A DNA stretch of 64,000 nucleotides from Geosiphon pyriformis uo1 (lineage: Eukaryota > Fungi > Glomeromycota): NCBI GenBank assembly GCA_016748015.1, contig JAAOMT010000571.1:222582-286581 (forward strand), given 5' to 3'. The notes under the pieces are model-generated. The model ran no database searches and had not been told where the DNA came from. It worked only from the letters and a program-made list of their open reading frames with translations. Below, one piece after another: positions 52,919 through 64,000 of this stretch. Each line of letters starts with the position of its first letter. Position 1 is the first letter of the stretch. Made by a program: the position numbers and the translations under genes.

Positions 52919-55900
52919 TATATTAAAGAAAATTTCATTAAATCAGACCATTTCGGAATCTTGAAAAATGAAAAATAATGCACATTACAATACAATTTTT
53001 TGCCTAAATTATTTTTCTTATTGGTCAAGTACCTAAAATTTTTTAACGATAAAAAAGATGCAAAACAAGAACAATGTAAAACATTTAATAGATTGAATGC
53101 TTGACCCGATATTCATGTTTTTATGTCACCACGTGTAAGATATCATACAGCAATATTGTGAACGCAGGAATTTTTTTTTTCAAGTCAACTATTTTCTTGC
53201 AGGAACTATTTTATTTTATTTTATTTTATTTATAATGAAATTCTAAACAAGAAAGAATTGTATTATTAATTCAAAATATACTTAAGATACAGAAAATAAT
53301 TTTTGCTCTATAATTTTCTTAAAATTCAACAAACAAATAAATTTTGTAAAAAATAAAACTTTATCCTTAAGCAAGTAAAAGGACTTGAAATTTACCTTTT
53401 ACCTGTTTAATAATATTTTTTAAAATCAAAGCTAAAAAAATATGATTATAATATCAGCTTGATTTCAATAAAGTTTTCATACAAATATCATTCAAGAATT
53501 TGTTTAATTTGTTCTTTTTTGTGGGCTATGAATTAATTATTAATTTCTTTTCAAAAATTTCTTTTCAAAAATTTCTTTTCAAAAATAAAATCCTCTTGTA
53601 TTATGATATAATTTAGTTTAACTGAACAAAACACTAATTTTTTTTAGTATTTTACCATATACATGTATATTGAATTTCAAAATTTATATATTTTTTTAAA
53701 TTCTTTTGTAACGTATCATCAATCAAGTACTGTACCTGTAAACTATTTGTTTTTATTTTTCTAGAAACAATTTAAATTATAAGCTATTCAACTTTTTATG
53801 ACGTACTGGTGAAATATTTCTAAAAAAAATTCTTTAATAGAGTGAGTAATTGGGTGTGTTATCATTGAGAATAAAATTTCAAAGTTTGAGTGAAACTAAA
53901 TCTTTCAAATATACCATTTTTTTTTATATGTATTTGATCCATAATGATGGATATACCCAAACAGAAAAAGAATTGATTGATGTACAATAAAATTAATCAT
54001 CTTTTGTTTGAACCAATATTTTTCCAAAAGAAAAACATATTTGAATCTCGACCACAATCCAAAATCTCAGAAAAGTAAAAGATATATATAGGTAGGACAG
54101 CTGTATCCATTTTTTTTATGAAATTATTATTCTGGTTGAAAGGAAATTCTATATAACCTAAAAAAATTGTAAATCGAATCATATATTTTCAATTGGTGGT
54201 AGTGGCATTAATTTTTTTTATAAAACTTTTCATAATTAAGTGCTTTCGCTAAAAAACAAGTTTGTGAACAAATCATATATACAGGGTAAACTGGTGCTTA
54301 AATAGTCAAGAAAAACTTATTTTTGTTATAGTAAATGTCAGAATTAGATGGAATATTTGAAGAAAAAAAATGATTGTGAAACATATTGCAATTTTTTATA
54401 CTTCAATTTTTCCAATAGAAAAAACCTCTCATAATGTATCTTCCTTGTGCATGTGATAGTGTTGGGTCTAGAAGATGGGACAAGCGGCTGTGTACAGAAT
54501 CTCTATTTGATTGGTGGGGTTATACCTCGATCTTGGCCTCTGTAACTGCAGCAAACTCGCTTTTTGAAATATTATTTTGATACACGAAAACGCGCTCTAC
54601 TTTTTTCGTATTTCTGATAAAAACATTTTAAAGATTTTTTTGACCACAATTACACCAATCATCTTGACGACTTAGTTGAATTGGAAATATTTATGTAAAC
54701 CCATTAATCGAATCGTGTATTGTAGCGATAGATGAACTTGATTCATTACCGAGGGCATAAATTTTCTAAATAAAATTTCGGGAATGTTTCAAAATAAAAT
54801 TCGATTCATCTAGTTCTGAGGCAGACGTGAGGGGGGAATTATTGGTTTTTTTTTTTGAATGCCCACATTTTTCTTGGAAACATTTCTGGACATATCTCTC
54901 TTACCATCACATCTGAAAACCTTTTAATTTTATCATTTAACTAAATATCAGTCAATTGAGTTTATTTGCTTCAATATCTCAAATGAAATGATTTACTTGA
55001 ACAATTCTTTGACATGTTTAAAAGAGATTTTGACTCATCAAATGAATATGCAACATCCTTGCAATTATAGAACTTTGTTGGATTATTGGAAATTGATAGA
55101 TTTTCCCCTTTAAAATTTTTAAATCTTAAAGCGACCTTATAAGTATTCTCGAGCAAGAATTTCTGTCAATTGAAGACGTTTTTTTGTCATAATGATTTAT
55201 TTTGGAAATTTATTATTTTGTCATTTATATTTGAAACTTTTTTAAGGCTTGCAAAAATCATTGCTTGATATTTTTTTATATTTAAATCTATCGAGTTCAA
55301 TGTAGAACTGCAAACTAATTATGAAGTAAATTCTCTTTAATTGAAATTTATATAAACTAGCCTTATGACAGGGAATATATTAATTATGAGATTACTCCCC
55401 ATAAAGTATTAAATAAATGGAAAGAAAAATTTTTTTGTTATTAAAAAGGGGTTAAAGTAAATTACGTTACTATTTGGTTTTTTCGCACCCGTTGACGTAT
55501 ACACGAAACAAATATCCGTTCAAAATTTTCTTATATGTCATTTCCTTTGGATTTCAAAATATCAAAACACGATTAATACCAACCTCTGATTAAAAATGGT
55601 AACAAACTGAAAAAATTTGAATATTATTAAATGACAATACTTGCATGTGTTTTTTAATCCCAAAAAATGTTTTTTAACAGAAAAGTTTAACAAAAAGTAA
55701 AATTATTATTGTTTTTATTGTCGTTATTAAAAAATTTTATGTTTTATAACATGAATAAATATTAATATTGATAAATAAATTCAAGCACAGTTCTTAATAT
55801 GAAAAGTTAGTTGAGCAAGTCATTTTTATCAAATTACAGTTTGAAAATGAGCAAAAACTTTAAAAAAAGCGATTAAACAAATGTAATATAAAAATCAAAT

Positions 55901-56221
55901 AAGAAGACAATTGAGACTACGAGGCAAATTTTAAAAAAAGATATATTCAAACTAATAATTACTTATATGATTGATCTAGGCAAATAGCAGTAAAAAAAAA
56001 TGTTTTATGTTGAGGTTGTATTTTTTTCAAGTTTTTTAGAATTTCATGCTTAGATAACGGTAAAAAGTTTGGAAAAAATATTAAAAAGAAATCAAAAGAC
56101 AATGTTGCGAACAAGCGATAGTTATATTTTTCAAATAATTTTGAATTGGTTATATTAAATACCAAAAACTTATAAAAAAAGTATTAAAAAAAATCTATTT
56201 CTCTCTTCTAATTTTTATAAT

Positions 56222-57300
56222 TATAACCAGAGCAAAAAGTTAAAAAAAAAAACCAATATCTACTTTCTTTATAGTAACTAATAGGATTACAACCCAAAAT
56301 ATTCCTCAGTTGTAAAAACAACTAAACAAGATGTTATGAAAACACCTTTGTTAAATATTTCTGATGCAAAACAGCCAAAGGCTGTTTTAAGAATATCTTT
56401 TTTATCTTTAGTTAAGTGCTTTTTTTCAGATAAAGTTTCTTTAAAATAACATATTAGAGCTAATTCTAGTGTTGTTATCACTATCACAAAAAGCTCTAAA
56501 ATCTTTAACTACAAACAGTACTATTTCTTACATTTACTTTTTTTACATTTGCTAAAATAATGCAAATTTTTTTGAGATTTCAGAAAATAAGTTTTTTTAA
56601 AAGGGTTTAAAGAACTATTAATATATTAGAGTCTGTTGTTCTCTTTTAAAAAATGTAATTTGGTTTTCTTACCAGTTCTGTTTTACTATTACTATTAATA
56701 ATATATTTATTAAAATAAATACAGATTAAAAAATAATTATATTATCAAACATAGTTATCTTAACAAATTATTGTTGGTTACCGAAGCAACTTTAATACAG
56801 AATTTTGTTTAATTGCATCATATTATTACTTGATCTAAAAAATTGGGTTGATAATACGGAAACTAAAAAAGTTTTTTTTCCTAAAAATACTGTTAGCTTT
56901 AATGGTATTTAAAAAATTATTATTATTTGTCAAAGTTTTTTAAATTAGTAATTTTTATTCTGGTTTCTTAAAAATTAAATTAGCTCATGTAAAAACTGTT
57001 TTCTCATTGTTCGCGTAATTTTATTTATATCAAATTAACTATTAAAAACAATATTAAAACTTTTTTTAAAAATTAATAATATAATTGTTTAAATACATAA
57101 GTTAAACATTTTTTATTTTTTAATTATTTAAATTTAATTGTTATTAACAACATATTATTGTTATTTTTAAGTTTAAAAAGTTTTTAATATTACTATTATT
57201 AAAGTTATTGTTTTATCTGTTGTGTTTTATTTTGTTATATCTAATATATTTTTTAAATTTAAATTAAATTTATCGACATTTTTTGTGCAAAAATTGTTTT
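56222..57300 (+). mobile_element. Eroded 5' part of an ORF1-like element related to 34350-36530
   Basis: Shared start (AGAGCAAAAAG.. vs AAAGCAAAGAG..) and shared blocks, e.g. AAAAATTGGGTTGATAATACGGAAACTAAA vs AAAAATTAGACTAATTAAATAGAAACTAAA. Confidence 0.45.
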
Positions 57301-57889
57301 ATTAAATAAAATCTGTAATTAAGTTAATTGATTTTAAAATAAGCTTACTATAAACTAAATATTTGGTTTTTTTTAAAGATTTAAATAGATAGTATTGTTA
57401 AGATAATTACAAATATGCTTAAAAACTTTTTTTAAAATTAAAAATAAACATAATACAATTTTTTTTAATATTAATAAGAAAAATAATAATATATATTAAT
57501 AAGTAAATATTTTTGTAAAATTTCAAAAACGAAATATTAAATTTAATAAAAAAGTTATCAAATTATTATTATTAAGTAAATTTATAAAAAATTTTAATTA
57601 TTCTAATTAATATATTAACAAAATAGATATACAAAATTTATTTAAAATTTTTTGTTTTTTTTTTAATGTATTATACTAAAGTAAAATTCTTTTATTATTT
57701 TATTTAAATATAAAAAAGAAAATTATAAATATAGTTTTTATGGTTTTAATACATAACCAGTTATCCAATTTATATCAAAAAACACTAAACTAAATTACTT
57801 AAATTTTTTATTTTATTAACAACTTTTCTATACATATTATTAAAAATAACATATTTAAATATATTTTTATTTTATTATAATAATTTATT

Positions 57890-60800
57890 ATTAGACATTT
57901 GTTATCAATTTATAAAAAGTACAAAAGATTCAAGATATACAAATCAAAATTGGTTGAAGAAGCATCTATCAAAAAAACAATTAAAAAATACATAGAAAAT
58001 TTTAGTTCTAATAAAAGTGATATGATTAAGGGCATTTTAGATTGGCCTTTTTGCAAAGTAGTTTTAAATTATTTAGTGTTGAATAGTAAGTTGGCTTTAG
58101 AACCAAAGAAAATAAAACTCAATATCAATATAATTATAGAGAGTTGGACAAAAAATTAAACTGTGTCTGTGACAATGTTTGATCTTTGAGCTTGCCAATA
58201 TACATTATTGAATTATGTAAGAGATGATGCTTTTTCTGGTATGATGAAAAAGATTGATATAAAGCTTTTGGTAATTAATAATCTGCTTAATGGCAAGACT
58301 GCTGGTTTGTTTGGCATTTTTAATGAACTTTAAAAGCATTGTAACAATACAATAATGGGATGTTTTTTGGATTTGTTAAATATATATTTATTTATTGGTA
58401 GTGTGCCTGCTTTGTGAAAGAAAGCTTGAGTTTTAATGATTCTTAAATCTTATGATTAAAATAAGATTTTTACAAATATTTGACCTATTGCTTTGATTAA
58501 AACTGCCAAGAAGATTTTTTTTAAGATTTTATCTAATCAGATTTTGTTTACATATAGCAAGTTTAGTGTTTTTTGTGGTGATAATATTTTGGTTTTAAAG
58601 AGTACATCTATTTAATCTCTTGTGTTTGCTGTTGGATCAGTGGTTGAAAATACTTTAGAAAAGAATAGAGAACTCTGGTTGGTCCTTCAGAATATGTATA
58701 AAGCATATAACTCAGTTGGTTGGTATTATTTAAGAATTAACTTATGGTAGATCAAAATGTGTAATAGATTTATCAAATTTTTTGGCAATATACATAAAAA
58801 TAGAGTCAATAGAGTAATAACTAATTTTGGTCTTTTATATAATTATAAAGTACATAATAAATTAGATCAGGATAAAATTTTCTCATTTTTTCTTTGAAAA
58901 ATTTTTTATGATCTACTCTTGTGTAAAATTAAGAAGCATAAACAGTTATGTAAATATTAAATCAATATTAAATTTGTGACAAAGACTGGCAGGATTGAAA
59001 ACAGTAATAAAATGTCATTTTTTTTTGCAGTTGGTACATTTATTAATGACACAATTTAAGTTGGAAATAGTCAGACTTCTATATAGTATGCTTTGAATAT
59101 TGCCAGTAAGTTTTTTATGATTAATAATATCTTAAACAACAATAAAAAAACAGTGACTATTCTTATTAATCAGAGTGTTTAGATTTCTTCTTTAAGTATT
59201 AATAGTTAGCCAATTTTAATTGTCAAGAAGAATAAAGCACATAAATATCTGGAATTTTTTTTGTCAATTAAAGAATTATCCAAACCAAGTATGACCAAGA
59301 CTTATTCTAATGTTCAGTTTTTTGTTAATATAATGCTTAGAAAAACTATTACAGATAAGCAGTTCTCTTATTTGGTATTAATTGTTTTGCAATTTATAAT
59401 AGTTTTGTTTTGTTAAGTGTGTGCTGTAAATAGGATGTTATAATTAGGAAAGACTTTAGTTTAAAGCCTGTTTGCCTTATAATTTCCTTAATGAGATCTT
59501 GTATTATTTCTTTTTGTATGGTCTGAAATTGTTTGAGCAGATGCAGTTTAAAAAAAATTGGCTGCCTTGATTTTTTTTTCTAATGTTTTAGATATTTTTG
59601 TACATCTATTTAATTATAGATTCTTGGATTTGCAGATTATAAATTGGGCTTTTTTAAATCTCTTGCAATTTTTTGTTAAGTTATATATTAGTTTAGTGAA
59701 CAATTTTTTGATTAAGATGGTAAAAATTTTTTTAAGTAATAAGCTGTCTTTAATTAACAATCTTTTTAATGTTTTTTGTAATCTTGGTAATTTTTTTATG
59801 TTAGTGATTTTGGGAAAAATCTTGTATCTTAACTTTGTTTATTTCTTAAAGCACTTTGGAATTGCTTTTGATAATAGGTTTTTTGATAAAAAAGATAATA
59901 TAATAAATTAAAAAACTTTTTATTGGTTACTAAGCTTGAATATTTTGGAATTCAAGAGGTTTTTTGATATTTGGGGTAATTTGCATAAGATTTGGTTTGG
60001 CTTATTTGATGTTTATATAGATAGTTTGTTGAAAAATGCTGGTTTTGCTGATATAACTAATAGAGTAACTATATACTTTTCTATTGTAAATATAAGTGTT
60101 AGTGTTAGAGTATATAATCTTTTGTTTTCTACTATGGCTAAATTACAGCCTGTTGTTCTGTTCTTAAAGTGTGTTTTATCTTTTTGTGTAATAGTTTTGC
60201 ATTTTAACAGCCAAGCTGCTATTGATATATGTGTGTCTGAAATATTGTTTATTATGCCAGACTTTTATAATTGTTGTTGAATAAAAAAAAACATATTGTT
60301 AATTTAATTAAGAATAAGGAGTTTGATGTAAGCTGAATAAGGATTAAAGATCATTCAAAAATTTCTGGTAATGTGAAAACCAATACTATAGTGAATAAGA
60401 CAGCTTATTCTCTTTTTTTTTATTAGCAAAAGTGCAAAAACATTTTTTGGTTGCTGAAAACATTACTGTGTTTGGCAATATCTATTATTTTGTTAAAAAT
60501 TTGTTTAGATCTGTTTGTTATGCTTGTTAGGAAGCTGGCCCTGACCATAATGTGATTTTAGATATATTAATTAAAAATGTGGATTGAACTACTACTGTAA
60601 AAATATAACATTTTGATTTGCATATGCTTTTTAGATTTACCAGTCAGAAGTCTTTTAATCTGTATATGTATATGATGAAAGCTGTAAATAGAGAGTTATC
60701 AATAATAATTAAAAAGAAATTATATAATAAGTAGTATTCTGATGTGTTTTGTTTACTGTATAGTAAGATAAAATTTTCTAATCATGTTTTTACCTATGTT

Positions 60801-61430
60801 TAAAATATTGATGTTCAGAAAAAAATTTTGGTAAAAGTGTTTACATATTGAGTTGTCTTAACAGATGTTTATAATCTGTTTTTTTCTGCCTTTTTGCAGA
60901 TGGTCATTTAGTGTTCTTTAAGTATAGACTTGTATATAATAATTTATAAGGGGTTTGTGTTGAGAGATTGGTATGCAAAAACTGTTGGAATTTTTGATAA
61001 TAAAAAAGATATTGCTTTTACTATTATTAAATATGTGGGACATTTGGTAAAATTATATTGTGCTAAGGCATGGCTGGTAAAATCTAAGTATAAAGTAAAT
61101 ATGGAAAAGACTGGTTTAGTTAGAGATGATAATTTAATATCAGGATTGTTATATAGTATAATATTTGTGCTTTCAGATAGTATAATCAGATTGCTTGGTA
61201 TTATTAAATCTTTTGCTATTAGTTTTGGTTATTGTAAATTGTGGTTTTTCTTTTTAGGGTTAAATAATAATGTATATATTTATATAAGTATATAGTATTG
61301 TTTTGTTTAATCTAAATGACTAATTATATGTAGTAAGTATATAAGTCATTTTTAATTTAAATCTCTTAATTTGGTTTTATATATTAGATAGTAATTGGAT
61401 TTTATTCAATAAATATGTTTAATAAAATTA
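57890..61430 (+). mobile_element. Degenerate LINE ORF2 (RT-RNase H-CCHC) with 3' tail; same family group as 29601-33237
   Basis: Collinear homology (LEKNRELWLVLQNMYKAYNSVGW, KTGRIEN, DKQFSYLV, SQAAID) and 3' tail at ~61293-61430. Confidence 0.85.
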
Positions 61431-63059
61431 AATATTATCAAAATAACTAACAATATTATTAATAATCTAATTTTTATATAAATTTAAAAACTTTTAATTT
61501 TAAAAATAATTTAAATTATAATATTACTTTTTTTATTAAATAATTGTTTAATATAAATAATATTTGTGTTTTTTTATAAAAAATTATTTTAAAACTTTTA
61601 ATACTTTAGCATTATTTTTAAATTTAAATTTTACATATTAATATTGTTTATTTTTACTATATAATAATTCAAAAAATTGAGTTTTAATTTTACAAGTATT
61701 ATTAATAGACTTTTTGGTTTTTATTTAAATATATATAATATTTAAATAGTTTTTTAAACAAATTTTTTAACATTTATAAACTTAATAATTACAGCTATTT
61801 TATTTTTTATTTAAATTTAAATAAAAATATAATATTATAAAAATATATGTAGATAATTTTTATTTAAAAATTTTAAAACAAATTAGTTTTAATTAGTATA
61901 TTTTATTTAATACATAAATATTTTTTTAAAAAAATATATTAATATTACTTTAAATATTAAAGTTTAGATTATTGGGTTTTTAATTTTAAATAATTTATTA
62001 ATTAAATTAAGTTTTTTTATTATTTTTAAATTTTTTTGGTATTTTATATTAAATTATTATATTTTTAATATATAAAAAAATTTATATTATTATATATAAT
62101 AATAAATAATAAAATTACAAAAAAAAATTTTTTTATTTGTTGCAAAAATTTAAAAAAAATAAAAGTTTTATTACTTTTATATTTTTATATTGTTAAATCA
62201 AAAAAATTTTTCATTTAAAATTTAGTTGTATTAAATATTTTTGTTAAAAATATGATTAAAAATAAAATTTAAAAAAATTTGTTTTAATAATAATAAAAAC
62301 ATAATATACTTTAAGCAAAAAATTGTTGTTAAAAAAATATCAAGTTTTTTAATAATGTTAATAATTTTTTAAAAAAATAAATAAAGTTTAATAACAAATT
62401 TAATAGCATAAATAAGAGTAATAGTTAAAATTAATAATAAAATATAAATAAAGTTTATTAAAACAGCTTAATAATAAAAACACTTAAAGTAATTTTTATT
62501 AAAAATATAATAATAAAATTTTTTACATTAAACTTTAATAAATTTAATAATAATAATAATAATAATAATAAAATAATTTTAAAATCACTTTTTTTATTAT
62601 TAAATTTTAATTTTTATTAATTTTTTCTCTTTTATTTAAAAAAAAACTGTGTTTTTTATTAAAAAGTTTTTTATTTTAAATATGATTAAATAATATATAA
62701 TTTATTAATTTATAATAAAAAGCTGTAATAAATTTGCTAATTTAATTAAACTAATTTAGTAATTTATATAAGATTTATATTTATTAATAAAAATTTTATT
62801 TATATTAAAAAAATTAACATAAATAAAAAATTTTAAAAAAAATATGTATTAAGTTTTGTTTTATATTTTGTTAATAATTATAATAATATATAATATTTTT
62901 AATACAATAGTATTTTTTGTAAAAAAAATTTATATTATTAATTATAATTTGTTTTTTTACAACTAAGTTAATATACTACTGTGTATTTTGAATTTAAAAT
63001 AATTAAAAAATGGTTTCAACAAAATTTTTAATTTTTAATAATATTAATTTAGTTTTAAT

Positions 63060-64000
63060 TTTTTTTTTCATGCTTAACAAGTAAGACCCAAATACTACCT
63101 AATACAATACATCAAATAATTGATCTAAATTAGGTGTAAATCATGTTTTTTCTACACATAACCAGCTATTTGAGCCAATTAGAACAATACTAAGCATCTA
63201 TATAAACCAAAACTGCATTCCCAATATCTAAAAAAAATGAACATAACTTATGAAAACCAAAACAAATACTAAACGCCTTAGCAATATCAAGTAATCTAAT
63301 TATGCCAGCAAAAAATCTTAAAGACAGCTCAGAGACTAAGACAGAAACTAAGCTATTAAGTAAAATTAGTCTATTTTTTTTCATATAAGCACAATGTTTT
63401 GTATAGACCAATCAAACTTCATTCTTAAAAGCAAGACAAAAAGCATAAACAAAATTTGCAACCTTTAAACTTGCAACTTTGGAATCACAAAAGAGTGAAA
63501 CAGTCTCTTAAAGCCAATCATTAAAAACAAAACTCTTACAAAAAGCCATACACATAGTAATATTAGAAGCACAAGATAAAAATAGTTAAAATATACAAAA
63601 AGAAGAACAAAAAAGACCAAAAAGCAATCTCCAAATATCTACATAGGCATCCAACAAATAATAACGAACAGAAATATTAACTTTACAAGAAAAAACATGG
63701 TCTAAGACTTTAATATTATTATAATATAAACATATCACACTAAGATAGTATTTGTTATACAGACACTTCTGAATAACAACTGATAGCTAATAGTATAAAG
63801 TCTTTATAAAATAAGTACAAGCACTAGCAGTTGGCCTATTAGCAAAACCAATAGCCATATACAAATCAAGATACTACACCAAAGAAGAACTAAGCCAATT
63901 AATGTTCAAAAGCAAACTACTTACTAGAATTTTAGAACCAAAACCAATTTTTCAATATACACAATGAACAAACCAAAATATATTATAAACAAAGTGTTTA
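63060..64000 (-). mobile_element. 3' end of another LINE copy (ORF2 C-terminus, 3' tail, poly-A)
   Basis: IIRLLDIAKAFSICFGFHKLCSFF..VYIDA* followed by the same tail and a T-run at ~63060-63068. Confidence 0.85.

Noticed and set aside
54400-55250. Slightly GC-richer stretch with short minus-strand ORF pieces (possible pseudogene)
   Set aside because: No coherent frame or motif identifiable without a homology search.

Overview
Eukaryotic, repeat-dominated draft-assembly window with several N gaps. It is probably from an early-diverging fungus: the gene has GT-AG introns, and the TE families resemble Glomeromycotina ones from memory (inference, not verified). 1-29.6 kb is a nest of Ty3/gypsy LTR retrotransposons from three families (A, B, C). 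It includes one complete family-A copy (18571-28048; LTRs ~868 bp, 4-bp TSD GCGA) inserted into a family-B gag, which itself interrupts an RNase-H-bearing LINE (29601-33237). Families A and B share an unusual layout: gag-protease-Cys-rich domain-dUTPase-RT-RNaseH in one frame, then integrase as a separate ORF in the -1 frame with its own ATG, then a conserved ~220-aa ORF3 of unknown function running into the PPT. 33-41 kb and 56-64 kb are C>T-eroded, AT-rich TE relics. These include further LINE copies and an ORF1-like element that carries the LINE 3' tail without ORF2 (HAL1-like). The only host gene I can support is a 4-exon, four-finger C2H2 transcription factor (44416-43201, minus). A 1.3-kb Tc1 (DD34E) element lies ~7 kb upstream of it. 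A Nextera/Tn5 adapter is assembled into the family-A gag at 19743-19761, so part of that region is artefactual.
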